The notes under the pieces: model-generated | Told to the model about the DNA's origin: nothing | Databases searched by the model: none | What the model saw: the letters and a program-made list of their open reading frames with translations, nothing else | Program-made: the position numbers and the translations under genes | Part shown: one piece after another, positions 10,220 through 19,384 of the stretch | Position numbering within the stretch: position 1 is the first letter of the stretch | Layout of the letters: every line of letters begins with the position of its first letter | Assembly (NCBI GenBank): GCA_965240465.1 | Contig: OZ251219.1 | Coordinates: 672,001 to 736,000 of the forward strand | Direction: 5' to 3' | DNA from: a bacterium | GTDB lineage: Bacteria > SAR324 > JACQKK01 | DNA: 64,000 nucleotides

Positions 10220-11616
10220 GGCAGGTTTTGGTGCTTGGGCGGGCGAGCATGGGTTAATGAGTTCTCGGGGTTGAGATTTTCTTTTAGGTCAAATAGTTCT
10301 GCTAGTACTCGGGCTTGGGTGGTGATGATAGGCAGGGGCGGGTTATTGCACTCGGGTATCGGTGGAGCAGAGAGTAGGGCTTGTTCGGCGGCGATACTTT
10401 TAAGTCTTACAGAAGGGATATGGAGCAAGCGATTGATAAGGCGATGCATGGTTTGGTTTAGGTATGGTTCTAGTTGTTGTGCGAGGAGGGGGTTTTTATA
10501 TTTGAGAGCGGTGAGGGTTTGTTGACATTCGGTATTTCCCCAGCGGGTGATTTTTTGTCGTAGGGAGCGTATCAGTGGTACTGCTAGTAGTTCCTGTTGT
10601 TTTTGGAGCCACCGATTGAGTTCTGTTTCTACTAGGGATAGGGCTTGTTGGATTTGTTGTCCTCGGTCTTGGCGATTTTCCTCGGCTAGATGTTGCAGGT
10701 CGTTGAGGTCGTAGCGGTAGGCATTGGCAAGGGAGTTGATGGTGGGATCAATATCGGGTGGCATGGCGATGTCAATGAAGAAGATTGGTGAGCCTTTGCG
10801 TTTTTTCAGGGCTTGGGCGGCCATTGTTCGGGTAATTAGAGGTTGGGTAGCGCCGCTGGAGCCTAGGACGATATCGGCGGTGGAAAGGAGGGTATCTAGT
10901 TCAGCAAAGCAAGCGGGCTGAGCTTGTACTTGTTCGGCAAGGGCTTGGGCGTGAGCAATGGTACGGCTAGCGACCTTTAAGTTACATAAGCCGTCTTTTT
11001 TTAGTTCTTGAGCTGCCAGCTGGGACATTTCACCTGCCCCCAGTAAGAGCATACATTTATCTGACAATCCAGAAAAAATCTTGCGTGCCAATTGCACCGC
11101 GATATGACTGATGGATAAAGGATTGATAGCTACCTCGGTTTCGGTATGCACTCGTTTGGCAGTCCGAAAAGCATGTTGCAACAAGGGTTGTAGCAAGGCT
11201 CCTAAGGACTCGGCTTCCAAAGCTTGCCGATAAGCCTGCTTCACCTGACCCAAAATCTGAGGCTCTCCCACCAGCATGGAATCCAAACTAGTAACCACCA
11301 ATAGCAAATGACGAACCGCGGAACTACCACTCAGCTGCAAACACTTTTCTTCCCAATCCTTATCAGAATCAAAATCCCGCGGCAGTCTAAAATGCTCCCC
11401 CAGCCAAGCAATTAGCCGAACTCTCGTCTGCTCAGCATCCCGACCACTCACTAGATAACACTCCACCCGATTACAAGTAGTTAACCAAAATACTTCCTCT
11501 CCAATATCCAGCATCTCCCTAAGTAAACTCACTCGCTCAGATTCAGGAACATAAAGAGCCTCTCTTAACTCAGGACTACTAACGCGAAAATTGAAACTCA
11601 GCAAATGTAGATACAT
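10216..11616 (-). CDS. hemA: Glutamyl-tRNA reductase
   Basis: TCNRVE, SLDSMLVGEPQILGQVK, GAGEM, DIAMPPDI. Confidence 0.96.
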   Translation of the reverse strand: MYLHLLSFNFRVSSPELREALYVPESERVSLLREMLDIGEEVFWLTTCNRVECYLVSGRDAEQTRVRLIAWLGEHFRLPRDFDSDKDWEEKCLQLSGSSAVRHLLLVVTSLDSMLVGEPQILGQVKQAYRQALEAESLGALLQPLLQHAFRTAKRVHTETEVAINPLSISHIAVQLARKIFSGLSDKCMLLLGAGEMSQLAAQELKKDGLCNLKVASRTIAHAQALAEQVQAQPACFAELDTLLSTADIVLGSSGATQPLITRTMAAQALKKRKGSPIFFIDIAMPPDIDPTINSLANAYRYDLNDLQHLAEENRQDRGQQIQQALSLVETELNRWLQKQQELLAVPLIRSLRQKITRWGNTECQQTLTALKYKNPLLAQQLEPYLNQTMHRLINRLLHIPSVRLKSIAAEQALLSAPPIPECNNPPLPIITTQARVLAELFDLKENLNPENSLTHARPPKHQNLP

Positions 11617-11933
11617 TCGGTACCCTTTTCTTCAAGCCCTAAAAAATTGCTACCGATACTCAATGCTAGTAACAAAAAACCCAAATAGCTAAAATTGCCA
11701 GCGACATTTCTTAGCTAATCGCCTCATCATAACCTCAGCGAAAAAAAAATCAAAGATGCATTGAAAACATGAGTACCACCCAGAAAGTACCATCCAAGAC
11801 AATATCCCAGAGCATTGCTCCCGCAGAGTTTTAAGCTTATAATCGCAGCTGTGCCTTATCGGCATTATTTACTTATCTTAAACATTGTGCCAAATAACAA
11901 GCTGATATAAACAAGTACAAATAATGACCAGAT

Positions 11934-12884
11934 ATGCCCGCTATCACCAAAAAATCTCCCATGGAATCTCCTAGGAAATCTCCCATGGAATCTCCTAGGA
12001 AATCTCCCATGGAATCTCCTAGGAAATCTCCCATGGAATCTCCTAGGAAATCTCCCATGGAATCTCCTAGGAAATCTCCCATGGAATCTCCTAGGAAATC
12101 TCCCATGGAATCTCCTAGGAAATCTCCCATGGAATCTCCTAAGAAATCTATAACCTCAGGCTGGGTAATTACTCCCAATCGGCTTACCTGGATGCGAGTA
12201 GCTTTAGTGCCTCCCTTGTTGGTGGTTTTGTATCAAGACCAACCTTTTTATAACTGGGTTGCCTTGGCGTTGTTCTTGTTGGCGGTATCCACCGATATTG
12301 CCGATGGCATTGTAGCTCGTAGCCGACAGCAAGTATCTCAGCAGGGAAAATTGATGGACCCTCTAGCTGATAAGATCTTGGCAATGAGCTTGATGGTTAG
12401 TTTGGTGGGTTTGCAACGGGTAGGAGCTTTGCCAGTTATTCTGATATTAGGGCGGGATTTTGGAATTTCCATGTTGCGTCAGCGGTCTGCTTTAAGGGGC
12501 TGGGCGATGGCAGCCAGCAAGTTTGGAAAGCTTAAGACCGTCATTCAAGGAATTGCCATTGGAGTATTATTGGTAAGCCACAATCCTTGGGAAATATCCA
12601 CCGAGTTATTAGGAGTGGTTTTACTCTGGTTAAGTGTGGGGGTATCTTTGACTAGCGGATGGGGATATTGGACTTCTTTTCAGCGTTTTAAGAAATCTCT
12701 TGATGCCAAGACAGCTGAGGCTGCCAAGACAGCTGAGGCTACCAAGACAGCTAAAGCTACCAAGACAGCTGAAGCTGCCAAGACAGCTGAGGCTACCAAG
12801 ACAGCTAAAGCTACCAAGACAGCTGAAGCTGCCAAGACATCCGAAGCTGCCAAACGGGTAGGTAGGATTTCGCCCTTGGCTTAG
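11934..12884 (+). CDS. pgsA: CDP-diacylglycerol--glycerol-3-phosphate 3-phosphatidyltransferase family, with repeat extensions at both ends
   Basis: PNRLT..R and DIADGIVAR...GKLMDPLADK CDP-alcohol phosphotransferase motifs; start uncertain. Confidence 0.85.
   Translation: MPAITKKSPMESPRKSPMESPRKSPMESPRKSPMESPRKSPMESPRKSPMESPRKSPMESPRKSPMESPKKSITSGWVITPNRLTWMRVALVPPLLVVLYQDQPFYNWVALALFLLAVSTDIADGIVARSRQQVSQQGKLMDPLADKILAMSLMVSLVGLQRVGALPVILILGRDFGISMLRQRSALRGWAMAASKFGKLKTVIQGIAIGVLLVSHNPWEISTELLGVVLLWLSVGVSLTSGWGYWTSFQRFKKSLDAKTAEAAKTAEATKTAKATKTAEAAKTAEATKTAKATKTAEAAKTSEAAKRVGRISPLA
11952..12145. repeat. 24-bp tandem repeat x8 (SPMESPRK)
   Basis: AAATCTCCCATGGAATCTCCTAGG repeated. Confidence 0.95.
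12705..12852. repeat. 18-bp in-frame repeat (KTAEAA/KTAKAT) at pgsA C-terminus
   Basis: CCAAGACAGCTGAGGCT-like units x8. Confidence 0.9.
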
Positions 12885-12909
12885 CAAAGAGCAGGGGGTG
12901 GGTAGGACA

Positions 12910-15900
12910 TCAGGGTACGGATTCCAGTTGTAATCTTTGTTGATAGGCTTGGGCAGATTTTTGGTGTTTGCCGAGGTGGTAGTACAAGCTACCGATGATG
13001 TCTAGTACTTGGGCGATTTTAGTTTGTGGTTCTTTTAGTTGTCGCAAGAGGTTTTCCAGTAGGAGGTAGGCATCCAGTTGTTGTTCGGGTGTGGTTTGCG
13101 ATAGTTGGGGGCAGATTTGTTGGAGGAGGGCTAAGTTTTTTTGATTGGGGGGGGGATTTTTGGAGAATGTTTTCCAAGCTTCCAGCGGTTGATTTTTTTG
13201 CAGATATATTTGTACGAGCAGGTTTGAGAGCCAATTAGGTATGGCAGTTTTGGCTGGCCAGTGTAGGAGTGCCAGTTTTCCCAAGTTGAAGGCTAGTTCT
13301 GGCTGTGGCGGGGATGTTTGCAAGTAGCAGCGTGCCAGCAGGGCTTGCAGGCGAGTAAGGGACGGGAGTGAGGAGGGGGTATTTAGGTGTTCTAGCCAAG
13401 TCAGTTGGGAGGTAAGGAGTTTTATCAGGGTACGGGAGGGATTTTTTTCCAGTTGGATTAGGTGTTCGCAGGCTAGGGTCAGGGAGGGGGGGTCTTGGGT
13501 TTGTCGGGCAATGGCGAGCCACTGCTGGGCTGCTTCTTGTTGGGAGGGGGTGGGGTGGGTGGGGGTATTTTGGTTGGGTTCAGGGGGATTGTCAGGGGGA
13601 TTGTCAGGGGGGTTGTCAGGGGGTTTGTGGAGGTGTAGTTGGCTTTGATTAAATACCCGATGAACTTCCAGCAGCTGTTTTTTTAGGTTTGGGGGGTCGG
13701 CTGGGGAGGTATGCTGAAGAGCTTGGGGGATATGCAGATCTTGGGGGGGGGGGTTATGCTGAAGGGCTTGTTGAGCTAGTTTTCGGGCGAGAGCCCAGTT
13801 TTGGTATTTGGCAGCTTGGGAGGCGGTTTTGGCTAGGAGTTCAAATTCCAGATTTTTTAGGTTGAGGTCTTTAAGTTGCGGGTCTGGCGAGGTAGTTTTT
13901 TTCAGTTCGGTGGTTATGGCAGCAGGGCAGGTTTGGATGGCTCGTAGCAAGCAGCCGAGCAGTGCAGGTTCACAGCTATTGCTTAGGCTGTAAGAAAGCG
14001 GGCAGATTTTTTGATATAGCTGATACAACTGCAATAGGGAGGAGTATTGTTTAAATTCATCCAGCAACAGGGCTAGTTCTGCTAGATTGGCTTGCTGACT
14101 TTCCCATAAGAGTTGAAGGTCTTTTTTAGGCAACTCAGAGGAATTTAAGACGGTCATTCCTTTTAGGAGCAAGGAACAGGCTTTTTCCCAGCTGGCAGGT
14201 CCCATTTTTTGGAGCAGGTTTTTTGTCAGGGGCTGGCGTAACCCACTGGGTAGCTGCCAGAAGCCAGCGGATAGTCGTTGTAACCAGCCCTCAGATTCTA
14301 GCTTTTCCAAAGCCAGCTGCCATTTTGACGCACAGCAATGCCCTAGTAATTCGCTAGGCAAGGCAGCTGGACACAGGCTAAACAGAGTTAACAATTCTAT
14401 CTCCACGGCACTCCACTTGGATACATGGGTACTCACCAGCCAATCCAACAACGCTTTTGAGGCTTCTGCCAAATGAAAAGATGAGTGAGAAGCGGAAGCC
14501 GAGGTTACCGCAACAGAGGTTACCGCAACAGAGGTTACCGCAACGGAAGTTACCGTGGCAGAGGTTACCGCAGTCGCCTTATATTTATCCCAGCAAGAAC
14601 TCACTATCTCTGGCGAAGGCCAAGGCGAAAGTCGCGATAATAAACGACCCAATAATAAATGCTGTCCGCACAAAGCGAGCAACTGCTGAGCATCAGGACG
14701 AGCTCTAACCTCTCGCATCCAGCTGGGACCGAATACTTGCTCCAATTCTTCTTCCTCCAAGGGAGCTAACTCCAGAACCTCAGCTGCCTTGAGGGAATCC
14801 GAGCTTTGATTGCCTACCAGCAAGGTACAACTTTTACCCTCCAGCTCTGCCAAGCGAACTGCCAAACCAAGCCAGCTTGGCTTATGCTCCACATGCTCCA
14901 GCACCAATAAGTGGGAGGTATTCCTCCAAGCTGAGGCAATCAGGCTCTGGTACTTATCAGCTGGTACTTCGGGTAGAGCCAACATCTTTCCTAGCAATTG
15001 CCACGGAGCAGTACTATCAGCTGGGTTGTTGTCATTTGGGTTGTTGTCATTGCGGCTCGGGATAACTGCGGGAGACCAAAATTCTAGTTCTTCCAAGCTA
15101 GGGGAAAGGAAATCTCCATCAAGGTGGATCACCTTGTCGTAACGGGACTTAACATGCTTTAGGGCTGCATGTACTAGGGTACTTTTTCCTCCGCTGGGGG
15201 AGGATCTTAATTGCAAAAAAGCTGGAGCTTCTGCCCTGAGGTGACTCAGTAATGTTAGCAAGCTCTGATGCCGATCGGCGCAGCGATTCGTCGGTGAGGG
15301 ATTCGTTGGCGAGGGATTCATCGGTGAGGGATTTGTTGGCGAGGGATTCATCGGTGAGGGATTTGTTGGCGAGGAAGGTGCTAAATTAACTAAGGTATCC
15401 AGGGGGGGTGATTGCCAGAATTTTTGTTTTCGCGGGATAGATTGCTCGGACAGAGTTGGCTGAGACAGGGTTGGCTGAGACAGGGTTGGCTGAGACAGAG
15501 TTGGCTGAGACCAAGATTGCTGAAAGCGTAAATAAGCCCATTGTCCCTGATGTCCTCCCCAGAGAGCAACATGCTGGATGGCAGCCAGATGGCTAGCTTC
15601 GGGGGAATTTCCTTGGGCAAGCTGCAAAGATAATCGCTGGAAATAGCGTTGTTGCACTGGGGCAGATAGCTGTCCTCTGAGTCGGATCAGGGCGGGAATA
15701 CCGCTATTGAGTAGGGTACAATCCACGGTGTGACTATGAGAGGGATTGAGCCAGCTGGATGAATCCTGCAATAAGAGCAATTTTAAGCCCGCCTTAGCCG
15801 CAGAACTCCACCGACCGTACATGGAACGGTTGTCTAGGATTTCCAATTTTGCCGAGGGACTTTCCAAGTACCAGCCGTATTCATCGGCATAGCAGCTGAG

Positions 15901-16782
15901 CCAGAGCAGATCAGGAGGCTCAGCCAGCAAGCGACTTAATTTAGCGGCTGATAGTGGTTCTAGTACTCGGTGATCAAAGCGTCCTTGTGGGTTGGGGGGG
16001 CTGGGGGGGCTGGGGGGGGGCAAGTTAAGAATATCTGGTGGGAGTGTCCTTTGCATGCGTTGCAAGCGATTAACCATGGCTGCCTGAGTAGATTGGTGAG
16101 GAGGTTGGGCGGTAGCAGTGACCAAGCGGAGGGGGTGGGGTAGGGTGGGGGTCGGGAGGCCTAGGTCTAGCGAGGCTGGGATAGCGGGAGCGGAGAGGGG
16201 TATTTGGGGGACATCAGGGCGGGCAGTATTTTCTGGGTACTGATTCCTTGGGCACTGCTCTTGGGAGTACCTTTTGGGATGCTCTTGGGAGTACCTTTTG
16301 GGATGCTCTTGGGAGTACCTTTTGGGATGCTCTTGGGGATACCTTTGCGGGTACCTTCGGGGATACCTTTGCGGGTACCTTCGGGGATGCTCTTGGGAGT
16401 ACTTGTGTTCTCCCAAGCGAATTATTCCGCGAGATAATGCCAGCCACATACGCCCGTCATGGAGAAGTTCCCAAGGATAATCGGCCCATTGGGGTTCGGT
16501 TTGGAGTAACAGGGGGCCGGGATTTTTTTTATCTAGCCAGAGGGAGGCACTGATCCAAGCGAATAGGGCTTCACCCAGTTCTCTAAAGGCTCTGGCTTCT
16601 GGTGCTTGAGTGGGCGACCACGTGCCAGCCAGCGAGTGTTCATGCCAGCGAGTTAGCTGTTCTTGCAGCGAACTAGGCGGCTGAGAAAGAGGATAATGGT
16701 CTTTTTGTAGGGGCAATTCCACTTGCTGAGAAAGCAATCGCACCCAGTCATAAGAGGAGTAAATTAAGCTAGGGCCTTCCAT
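12910..16782 (-). CDS. Large protein: degenerate CHAT-like domain, P-loop NTPase and helical/TPR-like C-terminus
   Basis: LLLQTEPQWADYPWELLHDG...RGIIRL (CHAT N-terminal motif), SPSGGKSTLV (Walker A-like), LLVLEHVE (Walker B-like), C-terminal IGSLYYHLGKHQKSAQAYQ (TPR-like). Confidence 0.6.
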   Translation of the reverse strand: MEGPSLIYSSYDWVRLLSQQVELPLQKDHYPLSQPPSSLQEQLTRWHEHSLAGTWSPTQAPEARAFRELGEALFAWISASLWLDKKNPGPLLLQTEPQWADYPWELLHDGRMWLALSRGIIRLGEHKYSQEHPRRYPQRYPRRYPQRYPQEHPKRYSQEHPKRYSQEHPKRYSQEQCPRNQYPENTARPDVPQIPLSAPAIPASLDLGLPTPTLPHPLRLVTATAQPPHQSTQAAMVNRLQRMQRTLPPDILNLPPPSPPSPPNPQGRFDHRVLEPLSAAKLSRLLAEPPDLLWLSCYADEYGWYLESPSAKLEILDNRSMYGRWSSAAKAGLKLLLLQDSSSWLNPSHSHTVDCTLLNSGIPALIRLRGQLSAPVQQRYFQRLSLQLAQGNSPEASHLAAIQHVALWGGHQGQWAYLRFQQSWSQPTLSQPTLSQPTLSQPTLSEQSIPRKQKFWQSPPLDTLVNLAPSSPTNPSPMNPSPTNPSPMNPSPTNPSPTNRCADRHQSLLTLLSHLRAEAPAFLQLRSSPSGGKSTLVHAALKHVKSRYDKVIHLDGDFLSPSLEELEFWSPAVIPSRNDNNPNDNNPADSTAPWQLLGKMLALPEVPADKYQSLIASAWRNTSHLLVLEHVEHKPSWLGLAVRLAELEGKSCTLLVGNQSSDSLKAAEVLELAPLEEEELEQVFGPSWMREVRARPDAQQLLALCGQHLLLGRLLSRLSPWPSPEIVSSCWDKYKATAVTSATVTSVAVTSVAVTSVAVTSASASHSSFHLAEASKALLDWLVSTHVSKWSAVEIELLTLFSLCPAALPSELLGHCCASKWQLALEKLESEGWLQRLSAGFWQLPSGLRQPLTKNLLQKMGPASWEKACSLLLKGMTVLNSSELPKKDLQLLWESQQANLAELALLLDEFKQYSSLLQLYQLYQKICPLSYSLSNSCEPALLGCLLRAIQTCPAAITTELKKTTSPDPQLKDLNLKNLEFELLAKTASQAAKYQNWALARKLAQQALQHNPPPQDLHIPQALQHTSPADPPNLKKQLLEVHRVFNQSQLHLHKPPDNPPDNPPDNPPEPNQNTPTHPTPSQQEAAQQWLAIARQTQDPPSLTLACEHLIQLEKNPSRTLIKLLTSQLTWLEHLNTPSSLPSLTRLQALLARCYLQTSPPQPELAFNLGKLALLHWPAKTAIPNWLSNLLVQIYLQKNQPLEAWKTFSKNPPPNQKNLALLQQICPQLSQTTPEQQLDAYLLLENLLRQLKEPQTKIAQVLDIIGSLYYHLGKHQKSAQAYQQRLQLESVP

Positions 16783-16829
16783 GGTGTTCTTGCGGTGGAT
16801 GATACTGCGTGTGCTATATTGGCTGTACC

Positions 16830-17996
16830 ATGACCGTTAATCAAACTACACCCTTAAAATTTGAATTATGTTCTACCGATGGTCAAGCTCGGCGGGGGAA
16901 ATTGATTTCTGCTTGGGGGGAGGTAGAGACTCCAGTGTTTATGCCAGTTGCCAGTCAGGGAGCCATCAAGACTTTGCCGATCTGGCAGGGGCAGAAATTA
17001 GGAGTGGGGGCTTTGTTGAGTAATAGTTATCATTTGCATTTGCAGCCTGGGGAGGATTTAGTACATGCGGCTGGAGGGATCCATCGTTGGATGGGCTGGC
17101 AGGGGCTGGTGATAACTGATAGTGGTGGTTATCAGGTATTTTCATTACCCAAGCGAAAAATTACTGAGGAGGGGGTATCCTTTATCACGCAGCGGGGCGA
17201 GCTGAGGCTGACCCCAGAAAAAGCGATGGAGATCCAGCAAAAGCTGGGGGCTGATATTGTCATGGTGCTGGATGAATGCTTAGCTTATCCTGCTTCTTAT
17301 AAAATGGCGCGACAAGCCATGGAACGCACTGTACGCTGGGCTGAGCGTTGTCAGACGGCTCATCATCGGGCGGATCATCGTCAGGCGGATCATCATCAGG
17401 GACAGGCTTTGTTTGCGATTGTGCAGGGGGGGACTCATGCGGATCTTCGCCAGGGCTGTGTAGAGCAACTAGCAGCTCTGAATCTAGCGGGAATGGCAAT
17501 CGGAGGCTTGAGTGTAGGAGAGGGCATAGAGGTCATGACCACGGTACTGGGCTTTACGGTAGAACATATGCCTGCTGATCGTCCTCGTTATTTAATGGGC
17601 GTGGGGTTGCCTGAGGACATCTTGACCGCGGTGGAAATGGGGATAGACATGTGTGATTGCGTGATCCCTACTAAATATGCTCGTTCTGGGGTATTATTCA
17701 CTCGGGTGGGACGCCTGCGAATTACGGGTGGTAGCTATCGCAAGGACGGCTTCCCGATTGACTCAGACTGCGATTGTTTAACTTGTCGGCATCATTCGCG
17801 GGCATATTTGCATCACTTATTTCGCAATCGGGACCCTTTATCGCAAACGCTGGCTACCATTCATAATCTGCATTTTTATCTCGGGCTGATGTCGCAGGCA
17901 CGACAAGCGATTACCGAAAAACGCTTCTCGGCTTTCAAACGAGAAACGCTGGCTCTTTATCAGAGAGAGGGAAAGAAAAATCAACGGGTCAGCTAA
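16830..17996 (+). CDS. tgt: tRNA-guanine(34) transglycosylase
   Basis: ETPVFMPV, TDSGGYQVFSL, RYLMGVG, DCVIPT, CDCLTC Zn site. Confidence 0.97.
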   Translation: MTVNQTTPLKFELCSTDGQARRGKLISAWGEVETPVFMPVASQGAIKTLPIWQGQKLGVGALLSNSYHLHLQPGEDLVHAAGGIHRWMGWQGLVITDSGGYQVFSLPKRKITEEGVSFITQRGELRLTPEKAMEIQQKLGADIVMVLDECLAYPASYKMARQAMERTVRWAERCQTAHHRADHRQADHHQGQALFAIVQGGTHADLRQGCVEQLAALNLAGMAIGGLSVGEGIEVMTTVLGFTVEHMPADRPRYLMGVGLPEDILTAVEMGIDMCDCVIPTKYARSGVLFTRVGRLRITGGSYRKDGFPIDSDCDCLTCRHHSRAYLHHLFRNRDPLSQTLATIHNLHFYLGLMSQARQAITEKRFSAFKRETLALYQREGKKNQRVS

Positions 17997-18068
17997 ACCC
18001 GATCGCTAAACCCGATCGCCAAACCCGACCGCTAAACTCGATCGCCAAACCCGACCGCTAAACTCGAT
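17990..18068. repeat. Intergenic 13-bp tandem repeat between convergent tgt and rplT
   Basis: GCTAAACCCGATC-like x6. Confidence 0.85.
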
Positions 18069-18123
18069 CTTGGCAACTGGAATTAGCTCTCCGCCCCTCG
18101 CCCCCCCCTCCTCAGTTGCTTTG

Positions 18124-18519
18124 CTATTCTTTGGGAGAACTTACAGGCGACTTGACGAGATTTTCGGTCACCTTAGCTTTAAGGCTGGAACAAATATTCT
18201 CAAACACTTGGGGCTGTTGAACGGCAATGTTTGCCAGCACCTTGCGATTTAGTCCCATATCGGACTGCCGAGCCGCACAGATAAACTGGCTATAACTCAA
18301 CCCCAACTGACGACAAGCAGCATTGATACGCACAATCCATAAACGCCGAAAATCGCGTTTCTTTATCCGTCGGTCACGATAGGCGTAGCTATGGGCTCTA
18401 TCAACGGCATTGCGTACGGTACGCCACAAACGCCTCCGTCCGCCACAATAACCTTTGGCGGCTTTGAAATAATTACTTTTTCGCTTGCGGGCAGCCACGG
18501 CCCTCTTGATCTTCGCCAT
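18124..18519 (-). CDS. rplT: 50S ribosomal protein L20
   Basis: AKGYCGGR, YAYRDRR.KKRDFRRLWIVRINAA. Confidence 0.98.
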   Translation of the reverse strand: MAKIKRAVAARKRKSNYFKAAKGYCGGRRRLWRTVRNAVDRAHSYAYRDRRIKKRDFRRLWIVRINAACRQLGLSYSQFICAARQSDMGLNRKVLANIAVQQPQVFENICSSLKAKVTENLVKSPVSSPKE

Positions 18520-18583
18520 TGGCAACTAATAACTGAAATAAAACAAAAAATTAAGCTAAAACAATCAACCTAACAAAAAATAC

Positions 18584-18784
18584 CTAGCGATAAGGAAGCA
18601 GGCATTTCAGCAATGGTCTATCGGCCGCGGAAACGTATCCACTATGACGCAGGCGACGCTTAGCGGTCGTGTTTTTACGCCGCATAAAATGCCGCATACC
18701 CGCCTTCTTGCGTTTGAGCTTACCCTTAGCGGTAAAAGAAAAACGCTTGGCAGCGGAACGATTGGTCTTCATTTTGTACGCCAT
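18584..18784 (-). CDS. rpmI: 50S ribosomal protein L35
   Basis: KMKTNRSAAKRF..TAKGK; start moved to ATG at 18784. Confidence 0.97.
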   Translation of the reverse strand: MAYKMKTNRSAAKRFSFTAKGKLKRKKAGMRHFMRRKNTTAKRRLRHSGYVSAADRPLLKCLLPYR

Positions 18785-18961
18785 ATCTACCCGTATGCTG
18801 TCTGTGTGCCGTCTATCTGCCAGTGACGATGAAAATCTAACTGACCCCAACTCCCCGACCATACTCAAATAAAATCGCTTATGCAAGCCTTAAAAATACT
18901 CTAAAAACATTGCAACCCAAAAAACTTGATCATTAACTCAAAAAACTCAATATGCTCATAA

Positions 18962-19093
18962 GACGCTTCTTATAAAATAACAAACCTCAGCACCGAACTT
19001 CCCATAATCATCCAAGTTAATGGCCAGTTACTCTGTAAGCAACCCCGCTTAATTACAAAATACGCCTTCGTTCAGGGTGCGGGGACGCCCTAG
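18962..19093 (+). pseudogene. Relic 3' end of a GLUG-lipoprotein paralogue
   Basis: In-frame SYKITNLSTELPIIIQVNGQLLCKQP...FVQGAGTP* matches the module C-terminus SY...QV.G.LLC.Q.P...FVQC..TP*; in-frame TAA immediately upstream; followed by the same TAGGCTA+poly-C tail. Confidence 0.75.
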
Positions 19094-19275
19094 GCTACCC
19101 CCCCCCCTAGGAAGATTGCCTAAAGAAATGTGCCTCTAGCTACCTCCGAGGACTATTACAGCGGCGGGTGCTTTTTCAAGCCGAGGCATGCCTTAGGATT
19201 AGCCTTTCAGGCAGTTAATCTACAGGGAAAGTGTGCTAAGATGATTACACCTTAAACAGACACTCCGAAAAAAAC

Positions 19276-19304
19276 TTGACACAATGTGAATTGTAGTATA
19301 TAAG
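19276..19304 (+). promoter_or_regulatory. Sigma70-type promoter for lipoprotein gene 1
   Basis: TTGACA-17 nt-TATAAG. Confidence 0.7.
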
Positions 19305-19384
19305 TATGACCTAGACCCCATCATTTGTAGATCACCATTACCTGCAGATCACGGTTTTTATCCAATCAGATTAAAAGGGCACCC

